A stretch of 64,000 nt of DNA from Chrysomallon squamiferum (taxonomy: Eukaryota > Animalia > Mollusca). Location of the stretch: the NCBI GenBank assembly GCA_012295275.1, contig CM022672.1, positions 28,334,001-28,398,000 of the forward strand. Reading direction: 5' to 3'. The notes beneath the pieces were generated by a model. The model made no database searches. It was not told the origin of the DNA and saw only the letters and a list, made by a program, of their open reading frames with translations. Position numbers and translations under genes: made by a program. Below are positions 29,201 through 44,131 of this stretch, piece by piece. Positions within the stretch are counted from its first letter, which is position 1; each line of letters starts with the position of its first letter.

Positions 29201-30650
29201 AAGCATTTTCATTCCGCAAATGCACAGAGTAAACAGCTCAAAGGGGATTTTCGGTGAAAAATAACATCGGCAATTTTGAGTTGTACTATACTCCCTGTTT
29301 ATAGTCACTGGAATACAGTCTATCCTAAATACAGTACACTATTGTAAAGTATGCCCGTCGTAGCATATTTTTCAGTTAGCTTGATTTATTTTATTCTTCA
29401 CCTCAGTTCAAAAGCAAATTTTTACAAGAAACCAAATGGTTTATAAACACAGGCTGATTGAAAATTTTCTAATGCTACTTTAATATAAATATGAGAGATA
29501 CATTTGCTAGTTATGTGTTTACCACGTGGTATTTGGCAGCAAAGAGGTTGTATATAAATAACGTAGATACTAAAGTGGGATACACATCATTTTTAAAGAT
29601 ATCACTGAGACCAACTTAACAAATACAGTTTATTCTTTATTATCTGTATAGAAATTATCAGTGGTTCAGCATCAAGTACAGTGGTTAATTTTATTTTATT
29701 TTATATTATAGTGTTTACATCTGAGTCTTAAAAATGTGTGTGCCAGGCTATTACAACTCGTCCTGGTAACATATTCTACAGAATTAAGTTTTCAGTTTCC
29801 TGACCATTATTTCGTGAACAAAACAGAATTTAGCATTTTCACGGCTTTCCGCTGGAATCCATGTGCTTAGTTAGTCTCCATAAAAATAAGCAAAGAGAAC
29901 ACTTAATATAGTATAATGTTGCTAAGCATTGTCTGCTGCCTTTTCACTAATATCTCTGAGTTATATTGTTCTCCGTTCATATTTTATCTTCACTCGGCTT
30001 TACAAATGCAGATTTAACTGTTCCTGGGTCGATGTCAGAATGGGCAAACGTCTGAAAAAGTTAATTGTTCGGAAGAATGGAGAATTGACTGCAGGTGCGT
30101 GGCAACAATGGTCTCAGCCCAGAGTTTGTGGAATGCAGACGACTTGCAGAATGATAAATTTGGTATTTTATGCAAATCAGTGCGTGTTCATCCAAAGAAC
30201 TGGGCTTGCGACCCTCACATCTCTGCAGAATGATTTTGTTTGACGATTAATTGCTTTAAGAAACAGTGAAAACAGAACCAATACGGTTTGCGTTCAAAGA
30301 AAGCAGCGCGCACGATCAAAACAGTTATGCTTTCAAACTGATCGAGTGTGGAAACCGGATCTTAATTAGAAAGTGCATTAAATCAAAACATTAAATTATA
30401 GTTTGTCTCTCAAAACATTCTTTTCCTGTTATGACAATTTTTACAAGCAAGTTTTATTTTCTGTTTCTGTGTATATACATCTCTGTAAAGAAAGTTTTGA
30501 TACGATGTATTTGATTTGTAAATAAATCAGTTTTGGTGACGTATCTGAAACAGATTCAGAAAAACCTGATTTTTTTTTTCTCACGTGTATCTCTGTTAAT
30601 TTTTATGCTTATTTCGTTACTAGTTCATCTGGTTTTATATCATCTGTGTT

Positions 30651-30655
<5 letters not shown>

Positions 30656-30738
<83 letters not shown>
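30656..30738. repeat. (GA)n microsatellite
   Basis: Read directly from the sequence. Confidence 0.95.
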
Positions 30739-30741
<3 letters not shown>

Positions 30742-31208
30742 AACTGTAAGGATATCTTTCAAAATACTTCGAAGTGTAAGAATCAAAGTAAAATGCACAA
30801 TATATTCTTCTTTTGTGGTATTGAATTTGCATTAAAGCTCGTTAGAAACATGTGTAAGGAAATATGTTACTATATTCTGTATTTTTGTTCACGGTAACAG
30901 GTTTTCAATTGATCTACATAAACATCATTAAGACGCCAGCCGCATGTTTTGTTAATACAACGTAAGATTGGAAATCTGCCTTATTACTATAACTTTCCTC
31001 TTTTTCTAAATCCAGATTTTTTTCTTAAAGACCATTTATGGAATATGTATGTATGTGTGTGTTCTTGTGTTTGTTTACAAATAAATAAATTTATATATAT
31101 ATATATATATAATGTAACTAAAAGTTGAGATTATTTCTTTACTTTTCTAGTTTATGTACAAAATATCACGTAAAACAAGCAATAAACAAAAAGAAAGTAT
31201 ATATAATT

Positions 31209-31210
<2 letters not shown>

Positions 31211-31275
<65 letters not shown>
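31211..31275. repeat. (TC)n microsatellite
   Basis: Read directly from the sequence. Confidence 0.95.
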
Positions 31276-31280
<5 letters not shown>

Positions 31281-33132
31281 ATAGTTATGTAACATTTGCC
31301 TCACATATTATTGTCAGGTTGATATTTCATGTTGAGAATACTAATACCCTGTAACGTTCAAGCACTGATTTCCATACATTCTATTTTCTCGTTATCTTCC
31401 TAAAGAAGAGGCTGCTGAAGGCTTTCATTAATTGGTCTTTTATACGACTCTCAAACATTTGCATAATTAGGACAGAGTGATATTGGTCTATTGTCGATGG
31501 CCGTGTTGTGACTGGTAACAAGCGGAAAGGATTAACAGAGCCGGTCTTGTCGATCTTTGAGGCAGAGTCGACTGTTATTCAATCAGACAGTTTGCGCTAC
31601 ATCTTCTTTTCAAAGTGCACAAGCTACGCGGTAAAAGCGAAATGCAAAATGTATGTGATAGTTAATCTTCCCATTGTTACATACATTAACTTCCTCCAGA
31701 TTTTTCTGAACGCACCAATTGGGCCAATGGAGAAAACAAACCAAATAACCCATCAGCTTGACTAATCTCCAGTAATCGCACTAGACACTTTGCTACCCGA
31801 CAATTATGATTACGCGTGCCAAACAAAGATGTAAAATTTGGTAAATGTGGCTTTCACGCTGCTTTTTAACTTTTTCTCTTTTTGTTTCGTAAACTAGTTG
31901 GCTTCAGTCAAAGGATTAGATAATACTGACATTAAAAAAGGGTATATTTTTCATGAGAAATATAAAACAATATTTCATAGTCTATTGAAAAATTCATTTA
32001 TCTTCAATTTATATGTTTTATTGAACTTCAGTACTGTTTTCTTTTCCAAATTTGGAAAGATCTACAAAAAATGAACATATTAATTTACGGTAATTGAACT
32101 TATTCCAACTGCTATCAGTTGCTAATACTGTTACTGCTACTAATACTATCACTATACCACAACAACAACTACTACTACCAATATGGCCTGAGTTGCTAGG
32201 AGAGGCGGTGGAATGTCCCCACGAAAGATTCTTATAATTAGAATGTCTCTTTTTTTTAACTCGTCCACTGATGAACTCGGCAGACTATTGGGGTATATGT
32301 ACACCCTTCATATATATATATATATATATAAAAGATAGATAGACGGATATATATATATAGACCCCCATACAAACACACATACACGTTATCATGCAGATTC
32401 CAGAGCATGGGTTTCATCTACCTTACTAATGTTATCAGAAAGCTTAATCATTTTCCACACAAAGTTTTGAACTCCAAGTACAGTTTAATATTTTATTGTG
32501 AAATGCATATTTAGTCTATTTGATACCAGTTAAAAACTTTTAAATGTTAATTTAAAATTACACAGACTAACACTCAGATTTACCCCATATCTTCAGCATG
32601 ACATAATAATCTACACGAATGACGACAGGACATCTAAACAAAAAAACAAAACTTTTTCGACAGTGAATGACACTAAAACATTGTTGTTTAAAAGACAGGT
32701 TTTAGTGTCTCGTCTACAGAAGAGTACTTAGCCTTCTTGTAAACCGCCTTTGATGTCCCAGCTCACTTATCTGAAAGTCAGATCTGGGGGACATAGTCAA
32801 ACTTTACACGACAGACGGATCGAGCTCGTGTGTGACGATTTATGATCTTCTCGTGTCGTGGTGAACATTTTCACTGTGATTTAGTAAATAATCTCTTAAG
32901 TTTTGCATCGCTACGGGGTTTAGAGGTAGTTTGATCAGTTTGACGAGACACGTTAAAAGACAGGTCGAAAAACGTAACAGGATTTGTTTAATCGCATTTG
33001 ATGAGATTCTTTGTTAGCTGATGATAACTGGAAATTCCGTAGATTAGTGTTAAAAGTTGTAATATCATTTAGCGTGTGCATCATTTTTTTATTTTTTTAT
33101 TTTCTTTTTTGTTTAGTGTGTGCAAATTAGAT

Positions 33133-33235
<103 letters not shown>

Positions 33236-36200
33236 ATTATAAACTATTAAAATTTATTAATTATTTAAATTATGCATTCGACGAGAAAAATAAAAAATTA
33301 ATCATCTCAAATACTAATACAAATAAAAATACAGAAATGTTATTTATCTCATATTCATACTATGTGAGAATACTATAGCAGGCGTTTAGTTATGAAAACA
33401 GAAACACACACACACAAAACACAGGACAAAATAAATACAGCGTCACCACAAAACAAACTAGTTTTAAGTATCTAATTTGTGTTAGCCCATCTGTATTTGA
33501 GATAATCTATGTTTTTTGTCATCACATTAAAAAGTAATTTTTTTAAAAGTTTTCAGACTGTAAGATGAAAATACAAAGTTACGTTATAAGATAGTGTGGT
33601 CAGCTTCACAGTAAAACGGACATATTAAACATTGTCTGGATCGACTTCTTTATGAGATATTTGTGAAATGATGTGTACGGGTTTGTCGCTTTTTCAATCT
33701 AATACGACTGCGGTTTTCACTGCTTTTCACAGCAAACAACATTTTCTTTTATTCCTTTTTTCTCATTTTTTTAAAATCAATAATTTGTCACATTGACTAT
33801 GTTGCTTTAATAATGCGAATTTGCCCTGATACCTTTTCTCAGTTTTTAATAAAAGCTGTTTGAAATGTGAAGACGTCATTTGATGGCAAGGATCAGATTC
33901 GACTGTCCACGGTGAGAAAAGTTGCCTCGGAAATCCATTTACCCGTGTTGCCATATAAATCTTCTTTTTTATGAGAATAAAGTGAATGAAATTCAATTAT
34001 TATTTCTAGTCTCGATTTCAGAATCCAGTTTTTAAGGTTTCGTTAGCTATAACAGTGAAGATTATTAAATGAGACACTATTGTTTATTACCTTAAGGAAA
34101 TAACTAATAAATTTAATTTATTTAATTCCAGCTCATCTTCATTTTGCATTTTCTTAAACCACTGAGCTAGACACATAAAATGTCATTTCCATTTCTTGAA
34201 ACTGAAAATTAAATGTATAAAAAGTTCCACGCATTTCTAAACCTTTACAGCATTAAACAGTAGAAGGTTTTCCAGCAAACATCTAAAGTGGATCGAATGA
34301 TTTGAAGGACAACATCGTCATCGCACTGGATATAACAATGTAATTTTAAAATGAAATTATTTTCATTGAAAAAGAAAAGAACAGAAAGAAAAGAAAGAAA
34401 TAAAGTAAAATATATTTGGTCAAACTATAGGATATCCGCGTTTAGTACATGTAATAAAGATTTTTTTTTTTTTTTTTTTTCTTGTGACGCGATTCTTCCT
34501 TTATTAATTTCTGGATTCCAGCAAGAGTCTTCTTCAGGCTACTGATCTTGATTCGCGATGACAGTGCACGTTTGTCAATCGACAATTAATAACCGCCAGC
34601 ATCAATATGTCGAACGTTCTGACAATACAGAACAGCTGTGAAGACTTCGGTCTAAGAAAAACACAGAGTATGACTAGCCATGCCAGCTTATTAAGAATGT
34701 GGATTTCAGAATAATACGATACGGGATTCTTAATTTTCATACTGAACTGTTTAACAGGATCTTGACAAAAACATCTTTTTTTTTTAAAATTATTTCCTCT
34801 CTTATTTAAATATAATAACTAATAATAGATATTAATATGATATTTTCCCTTTCTCTTCTTTCTTTATTTTATCACCAGTTATCTGTAAATAGGAACCTCT
34901 TTCGGATTTTGGTAATTTCATTTTAGATTATAAACACGAAGCGTGATATGATACCGCTGATTCATATAATTAATAAAGTGTCGAAAAAAAACTGCGAAGA
35001 TTTTAAACTGCGATTCTCATTTATATTAATACTTCAGATTAAAAATGATATATTCATATTTTTGATATTGGGATCATATAAAATATAAATTATCTACGTT
35101 TTGCCCACATCATCATTATCTACCATATTATCATTTTGATCATCAACATCAATAATGAAAACACCAACAAACCAATCATATTTTTAAAAAGCAAAAACAA
35201 CAGCAACGTCAGTAATAACAACGACAACGACGACGTTATTAATAACAAGAACAACGTTAACAAAGACACACAAAAAAAAAGACCAAAAACAAAAAGACAA
35301 ACAAACAGTATTGACAAATATATTAGTAATAAAAACAAAAACTTGTTGATTATGATTTCTGAAACATAAAGGTACAAAGATTTATACTAACTTAAGAAGA
35401 AATAAAAAGTGATTTTGTCATGCCGACAGAGTCAAGTTTTAATCTGTATGGAGATTTACTTGTAGGAATTTGATCCTGTATCTTGTCATTTATCAAAATG
35501 CACATCATATCATATCTATGTGTTGTTGAACGGGAGGCTAAGGAATAGCTATGTCACTACACGAAGAATCATGATAAATTTAATGTTTCATTGTTTGACG
35601 TGCTGAGTTTGACAATGTCCTACTCCCATGTAGCTGGAATGTTGCCCTGAACCAAAAAGAACGAGCGGATTAAAGTAAATATGACTTGTCAGGCAGGAGG
35701 AGATAGATTCTCGTGCGGGGTTTTCGTTTTTCATTGAATAAAGATTACTGCAGGTGGACGGATAATGCGTGCCAGCATTGTTTGGGCGAGTTATGTCAAT
35801 AATGGAATATTAATGATGAGAGAACTGTTACATACAACACTGGCAGATCCCAATCATTATCGGCAGTAAAAACTATCAACGCCGACGCCCTGGCTGTAAA
35901 AAGGCTCGTGTAGTTAGTTATCCGAGGGTTCATTGTCTGCTTCGAGGGGTTTATTATGACCCATTCACTAAGAGTTTCGTTTTCATTTTATTTGTAAAGC
36001 TAATTTTATTCTATTCACTGATTATTCAAAGGTTAATTCCACTCTTTATTGGTGAATTATTTTTATCTGCGCTAAAAAGTATAATTAGAGACAGTTTAGA
36101 TAAAAGTCGTTTCAGAAATGATAAGATTGGTTTTATTTCAGCATTTAATAAAGTATAACATTAGTTATATCATATAAATCCTTAATAATATAAAATATAT

Positions 36201-37148
36201 AAAAACAATTGAAAATATACAAATATTTTAAATTACAATGTTTTTGTTACAAAGTATATTATTCACAGAAATCTAAAACGAATGCTTTAGTCTTAGATTT
36301 AGTCTATAGGTTATAATTATCTTCTTTTTTAAAAAAAAAAATTATTATTAAATTAAACAGAAATATAAGCTGTATTAATTACTTGAACTTTAAAGAATAA
36401 AATATTTTCTTGTTTATTTTTCTTATTATTTATTTATTATTATTACATCTTTTTTATTATTATTATTTATTATTATTATTTATTTTATTTTTTTTATATT
36501 TATTTATTTTTTTATTTATTTATTTATTTATTTATTTATTCATTCATTCATTTATTTTATAATTTTTTTTTTTTTTTTTTATTATTATTATTATTTTTTT
36601 TTTAATTATTAAAAAATATTCATGATAATTAACATGAAAAAAAATCCAAAAGTATGTTGATGGGTCTGTAAATCAGAAGGAAAAATAAACAAAGAAATAA
36701 ATCATAAAATATAAATAACACATAATACACCTAACATATTAATTATTACGTTCTATAAAAAAATATATATTACTTTTATTATTTGTTAAAATTACTATTA
36801 AAAAGAAAATATTGTTGGTATATAAAATAATTTCATAATCTACTTATTTGCCCACTGAATATTTCTGAATGTCTGTAAATGTACATTATTTATTCAAAAA
36901 ATGAAGAAAAAAAATGAAAAAATCTCTGTCACAATAGACTAATGACGAAATCGACAAAACATAACAAAGAACATTACTTTTAGTAACAGCTGTCTGAAAT
37001 AAATCACAATAACAAATAACACATTTCTGAAAATAATATTTGTTTGTGTGAGACATACGCTGGAAATTCTGATGCAAATTTTGTGTTTATTATTAAATTC
37101 ACTGGCAAATGAAACCATATCAAATCTATAATTTCTGTAAACAAATTT

Positions 37149-37454
37149 ATGAAATTTTACGTAAGGGTTTGACATTATTTTCGGTATTATGAACATATAC
37201 AATTACAATTGCAGTAAGAATTACAAGAAGTCACAAACAATTGGAAATACTTTAATTCCAACAATCCCACGTTTATTTATTAAATTAAACATATTTTGCA
37301 AATGTTAATTTAGTAAAGAAGCTTGTTGGCATTAAAAGATATCCAACTGTGAGTTGTTGTAATTCTTACTGAAATTATAATTTTATGTAGTTTATTTCGC
37401 TTAACGGTGTTTTTCGTAATACCGAAAGTGTGAGACCCGAATGTAAAATTTCAT
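37149..37454. repeat. Old degenerate fold-back inverted repeat (probable MITE relic)
   Basis: ATGAAATTTTAC...TTTCGGTATTA...CAGTAAGAATTACAA...CCAACAA (37149-37264) matches the reverse complement of 37323-37454, with mismatches and indels. Confidence 0.7.
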
Positions 37455-38694
37455 TGATAATGCTGTTTGTAAATGTTTAATATAATTTTACAAATACAAC
37501 AAATCAAGTATTAAATAAAGAAAACAAAATATATTTTAATAATAATTTTATATGATTAGTGCAAAATTTAATAAACAAAAGAAAAATGTAAACGAATTAA
37601 AAAGAAGAAAAGAAAAAAGTTTACTATATATCGGTTCCAGTGTCTTCAGATCACAATGTCACTTAATGAGAACTAAAAGAAACTAAATCTACCACAACAA
37701 ATATTGATGAGGATGATGGTGTTGATGATAATAATAATGATGATGACCATAATAATAATAATTTTTAACATAGCTATAATTACATAATTCTGAAATATAA
37801 TATAATATATATTAGAAATTTCGTTAATTGTAAAAGTTTTGTTTTCGTGTGGTTTGTTTTGTTACTTTCTAATTCAAACTGATGAGAATCAGTTATTTTA
37901 AAAAAAAAGAAAAAAGAAAAAGAAAAGTGAAATACCGTTCAGTTATATTATACATTAGAAAATAAAAAGGTATACATTCAAGTTAAGAAATAATGTAAAT
38001 GGAGGTGTTTAAAGTAAAAGGATGCCTGAATAAACACTCAGATAATAAAATGAATAAAAAATATAGAAAAACCCCGATAAATAAAGACCAAACGAATAAC
38101 GGAAAATATGAACGAACGAATAAATAAATAAATAAATAAGTTGCCCATTCCTTTGAAAATTTACCAGCGATCAAATTGCTTTATCAAGAAATATATTTCT
38201 CTATTTCCTGGTGATTTCTTGTCAAATTCAGTGAGATGTATACAGGTGTTTGTAAGCGTGTCGATTTCTCCGCAGGTTAAAATGGCAAATTAAATGAAGT
38301 GTTTGTTAGAAAGTTAACAAGCGAAATATATTAGTTCTGCGAACATCCGGCAAATTACTTTATGGACACACGTGGCGTTTATTGAAAAGTGCGTGTACTG
38401 TTAGTGTTACAGGTAAAAAAAAAGTGAGGTTGTTATCACCTAGAACACCTGTAGAAGAATCGATAATATCCTGCGGTGATTAGAAAACAAAATTTATAAC
38501 AATGCGTGGAGAAGCAGGAGAAAGAGTTTGTTATTATTAATATTATTAACCTCACAGTAAATAGCTGTAGTTTACCAAGTACTGTTAGCCAGGCAGCATT
38601 TTCATTCATTCACACGCACACACACACACATGTGTGTGTATATGTGTGCGTGTTGGTTTATGTGTGTATGTGTTTATATATATATATATATATA

Positions 38695-38741
<47 letters not shown>

Positions 38742-38957
38742 CACACACACACACACTCATACACGCATAAACCAACTACACAAAAACACCATATACACAT
38801 GCCACAGTTACTATTATTATTATTGTTTCTATTATTTTGCATTATTTATTTGTATAGGTTTGCTTATTGCTTGGAATAATTATATTCAGTATTTGCTTCA
38901 ATAGAAGAGATTCTGCTGTTAAAACAAAAATGTAGAATGTAGAATGAAAACAGTAAA

Positions 38958-38991
<34 letters not shown>

Positions 38992-39091
38992 TATAATTAT
39001 GAAAAAAAAGCGACAGTTTGAAACTAATCGAAAACAAATGAGAAAAAAGCTCGTAAGTAACACAATTCATAGAAACATAATTAATTTTAGA

Positions 39092-39125
<34 letters not shown>

Positions 39126-39132
<7 letters not shown>

Positions 39133-39174
39133 TTTGACATTTTATATATATATTATAAAATGTCAAAATATAAT
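39126..39174. repeat. Perfect 21-bp-arm palindrome centred on (TA)n
   Basis: ATTATATTTTGACATTTTATA-tatatat-TATAAAATGTCAAAATATAAT. Confidence 0.85.
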
Positions 39175-39496
39175 TTTATTGTTTTCTTACAAATGATAGA
39201 AAATAAAAAATAAAATTATAAAAATTGCATTCGTTATTTTGGTTGTTATTTTTTTAAAGAAATTAATTTCTGTAGACGGAACCGTTTATTTTATTTTATG
39301 ACTACAAATAAACTAATATTAACGTTTTAAATTAATATTTCATGTCTTGAGAATATATTAATATATACAAAAAATATAATAATAATAATAAAATAAATAA
39401 ATAAGTAAATAAAAATCAGTTAATCGCTTTTGACATTTTAATAAACTTTAACAATTCTTAAATAATAAATGAAAAAAATCAAAATTAATAAAAAAA

Positions 39497-39553
<57 letters not shown>

Positions 39554-39759
39554 GTTTTTAATGAAAGAAATGAGGCATAACTTTTATTTTCAGTTTTATT
39601 TTTTATTTTTTTGTTGTATATTTAATACCTCTCTGAGCATATGTGTGCATAGTATTTCAAGTGGAACTAATTCATTATATACAACTGTGTTGTGTGTGTG
39701 TCTGTGTATAAATGCTAACTTTTATTTAATTTGTATAAATGTAGATAATTAGTCGGAAC

Positions 39760-39819
<60 letters not shown>

Positions 39820-40492
39820 AAATATTTTAAAGAATTTCTATTAACTCCACTCGAGCATTTCCATGAAAAATATTTTAAAATGTTCAGATTATGAAAAATA
39901 TTATGGTATTTGAATCGTGATTTTGTTCTCGTACATTTTTTTAATTATTATTTATTTAATACTTAGTCGGAACTCCGCGTATTTGTATAAAATTATAGAT
40001 ATAAACGAAATGAATATAATTCGTCCTGATTATTTTAATATATAATATGTTTTTCCATTACCTATGATGCCAATAATACAAAATATTTTGTAATAGTTAT
40101 GTTTCATATTCTATTTTATATATTTTTATAGCAAACTTTACTATTCTTTGGGATGTTCAGAGCGTGTAAAGCTTTGATTGTCTACAAATAATACTACTAA
40201 TATTACTACTACTACTACTTCTAATATTATTATTATTATTAATTTCAGAACTTTATTAAAAAGAATAACTTTGTTTGTTTAATAGTTCCGTTTAATAATT
40301 CATTATTTTATTTAAATAATATAGTTATAACTTATGACAAGCTACAAAATAGTTTATAAAAATGTCATTTAATTTATAAAGAAATTTTTTGAAGAATATT
40401 TTATAAAATTTCTAATTTATAAAAATTAATATTTAAAAATGTTTGGAGATGAGTGCAGAGTATTTTATAATTTGTAAAAATGATTATTGCAG

Positions 40493-40710
40493 GATGTTCG
40501 GAACGAAGTGTAATGGCTGTTTACAGAGTATACCAGCCAATGAGCTGGTGATGAGGGCGCTGGGCTATGTCTATCACTTGCCGTGTTTCGCCTGCGTGGC
40601 ATGTGGTCATCAGCTTCAGAAAGGAGACCAGTTTGTCGTTAAAGATGGACAGCTGTTTTGCCGAATGGATTTCGAAAAAGGATTTAGCCTCTGTCCACTT
40701 AGTCCGAAAA
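40493..40710 (+). CDS. LMX1: Lmx1 exon, LIM domain 2
   Basis: MFGTKCNGCLQSIPANELVMRALGYVYHLPCFACVACGHQLQKGDQFVVKDGQLFCRMDFEKG; acceptor TTGCAG, donor A|GTAGGC. Confidence 0.93.
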
Positions 40711-41356
40711 GTAGGCATTTAAATTTATTTAAAATGATTTGTATTAATTTTAGTGTCATGGCTAGGCCTTTTTTTTATATTTATGTGATATTTATTTTGT
40801 TTATCATCTTAATCAACATGAATTATTTACATTATGCCGCAAGCACGAGATCTATTACTACTGTTACTCTACAACAACAACAACTACTATTACTACTCCG
40901 AGTCTTTTGCAACTATGATCACACTACCAGGACTACTACCACATAATGCTATTACTACTACTATTATTATCACTACCATAACTACCACCATCATCATCAC
41001 CACCACCACCACCACTACCTCCGCAGTCTGAAATACTATACTACTACTATCGTTATAACCACCTTCACCACTGATATGTTTACTACTTGTAACAGACAAC
41101 AGTTAGTACTATTTCAGTATCTGAACAATCTGAAAAACACAGACTGTATTAAATACGAGTAGCATGTGATAACACATTTAGTTTATTGACCAAAAAATAA
41201 TTTTCGAAGATAATTTATGCTTCTCTCACTATTTCACACCATCAAATGTACTTACTTTCTCCTTAATCAAAATCTAAATACATCATCCTCCTTTCTTTTT
41301 CTCAAGTGGTAACAAAATAAAAAAGGAATTAAGCATTCATGGATATAAAAGATATA

Positions 41357-41359
<3 letters not shown>

Positions 41360-41448
<89 letters not shown>

Positions 41449-41497
41449 GTAACACAAATGTTTTAATATTTTACACACGTATTACATTATATTACAT

Positions 41498-41546
<49 letters not shown>

Positions 41547-41562
41547 TTTACTTACTTACTTC
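41360..41562. repeat. (GA)n tract at 41360-41445 and (TTAC)n tract at 41499-41562 abutting a splice acceptor
   Basis: Read directly from the sequence. Confidence 0.9.
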
Positions 41563-41564
41563 AG

Positions 41565-41710
41565 GTGACACAAGCGACTTAGGTTTCGATGATCCAGACG
41601 GTCGAGACTCGGTGAATAAAGGTCCTAAGAGACCTAGAACTATCCTGACTACCAGCCAGAGACGCAAGTTCAAACAGTCTTTTGAAGTGAACCCAAAGCC
41701 GTGCAGAAAG
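41565..41710 (+). CDS. LMX1: Lmx1 exon, homeodomain N-terminal part
   Basis: [49 protein letters not shown]; donor AAG|GTAAGT. Confidence 0.95.
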
Positions 41711-42016
41711 GTAAGTCCAAACACAGCTTATCTTACGCAAACAGGGTTCTGATTTTATGGACCTTTTCTCCTGTCAGCTCATTCTAAGTTTCAAGATGGT
41801 AAAATAACCCTTGCCCTGTTTCCAATAAATCTTAATAATTTTTCTCTTATTTAAACATTACAATTTCTAGTTAACAGCCACGTTTGAACGAGTTAGAATA
41901 CTGATGCTGCATTATTACTATTAAAAATTATTTGGTAACAAAAACGATTTTGCTGGCAGATGAAATTTATTGAACAAAATTTCTGTTATAGAATGAAATC
42001 ACATTTTTTAAATATG

Positions 42017-42065
<49 letters not shown>

Positions 42066-42150
42066 TTATTATCATTATTAATTTTATTAATAATAATAAT
42101 ATTATTATTATTAATTTTATTACTATTATTATTATTATTATTTGTATTAC

Positions 42151-42201
<51 letters not shown>
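42017..42201. repeat. (ATT)n microsatellite
   Basis: Read directly from the sequence. Confidence 0.9.
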
Positions 42202-42202
<1 letters not shown>

Positions 42203-42261
42203 TTCTTGTCTATTTGTTTTGTGCAATGGACGATATGCAGACATTTTATTTTGTTTTATAG

Positions 42262-42363
<102 letters not shown>

Positions 42364-42756
42364 TAGAACGCACTTCCTTACGTCGACTGAATTATTGGGG
42401 ATTTTTTTTTTTTTTTTTTAATTTACCCCGGACTTCCTGTTGATATGCATTGCTTCACAATGAACACAATATAAATAAATAAATAAAAATTATTTCTCAT
42501 AAGGCACTGAAATTGATACTGCTCAACTTAATAATAAGGATAATTTATATCCTTATATTTATCATCATCATCGTTATCATTATCATTACATTATCATCAT
42601 CATTATCATCGTCGTCATCATCATTTACATTATTATTGTTATTGTTAGTTGTTATTGTGTTGTCCATTCGTTTGTTTTTCCTTTTCAGCTAATCAGTCTA
42701 TGTCGATTCAACTGACATTTAGTGAAACACTGTGTCTAATACACGTCTCTTTTCAG

Positions 42757-42871
42757 GTTAAAAAGATCGCCAGAAAACAGAATTTAGAACCAAACAATAA
42801 TTCGAATGGCGACAAGAAAGGTTCTAAATCTCAGAAGAGGAAGAAGTCTGATGATGACAGTGACTCCTCAG
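42757..42871 (+). CDS. LMX1: Lmx1 exon, end of homeodomain and basic/acidic linker
   Basis: VKKIARKQNLEPNNNSNGDKKGSKSQKRKKSDDDSDSS; donor G|GTGAGG, with an alternative in-phase donor after 42883. Confidence 0.85.
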
Positions 42872-43329
42872 GTGAGGATACAGGTGAAAATATTTTATCT
42901 ATTTATTCATTCAGACATTACCTTACACATTCATTAATATCTGATGAAGGGAAGCACCGTCCTGCGTTTGTTTTGGTAAACATTGTTTTTATTTACTACT
43001 ATTACAGCTATTTATTTATTTAGTTAAATCATTTCATAATGTCCAACCCACATATTTGTTACTCATAAGATACTGCATAGTCAATTTACTAAAAAAAAAA
43101 ATTAAAAAAAAAATATATATATATATATATACTTTAATCATATTATCTTTTTCTTTTTTTAAAGAAAAGAAAAAGAAATAAAAAATACAAAGCAAAAAAA
43201 ACAAAAAACAATGATCTATTACACCAATGTTTAAAAAACTACTTTTCCACAAAAAAAAAAGATTTGCGATTTATACATAAATAGCTAGATATCACCACAC
43301 ACACACACACACACACATTACCAAAATTT

Positions 43330-43560
43330 ATACCAAAATCCGTTAACAAAGCTGATATAAAAATATCTATTACCAATGGTTATATATAAAAAAAAATCTG
43401 TTACGAATATTTATACAAATATCTATTACAATGTTCATAAGTTCATAAAAAGAAATATTACATGTTTATACAAAATTATATTACCAATATTTATATCAAA
43501 AAATATATTACCGATATTTATATCAAAAAAATATATTACCAATGTTTACATATAAAAATG
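43330..43560 (+). repeat. Degenerate AT-rich minisatellite with a unit of about 30 bp
   Basis: AAAAATATATTACCAATATTTATATC-like unit repeated about 7 times. Confidence 0.6.
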
Positions 43561-43749
43561 TAATATATTTTAATTATTTATAAATATAATAATATAATTA
43601 AACCATTTTTATAATACTTTAGGAAGTTGATATTTCGTTTGCTGAAATATTTTCAAAAAGCGTTTATCCATTTGTTTTTAAAATTAATTAGTTCATTCGT
43701 TTGTTTATGAATTCATGCATTCATTCATTTATTTACTTTAATTTCACAG

Positions 43750-43788
43750 ACTGCGGGAATGCCGACAGTGATGAAAGCGGTTTACCTA
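43750..43788 (+). CDS. LMX1: Lmx1 39-nt exon (DCGNADSDESGLP)
   Basis: Acceptor TTTCACAG, donor A|GTAAGT, phase 1/1; GC-richer than the flanks. Confidence 0.75.
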
Positions 43789-44071
43789 GTAAGTATAATT
43801 ACTGTTATTTATTTTTTACTTTTATTAATTTTTAAAAAAGGAAAAGTACATGACGTTTAAAACCACTTTCTGTCATTTGTCACTGATGTTTGTTAGTAAG
43901 CTAATTCAGATTATATATATCTGTAAAAATTACTAATAATGATTTTTAAAAGAATTTAAATATTTCAACATGAAGACAATATAATTATTCTCAATTGCTG
44001 TTATACTATTCTTGTTAATAATCAGTTTTTGTCAACGTTTGTTATTATTGTTGTTAAAATCGGCCTGCTTC

Positions 44072-44108
<37 letters not shown>

Positions 44109-44131
44109 ATTATTATTATTATTATTATCAG

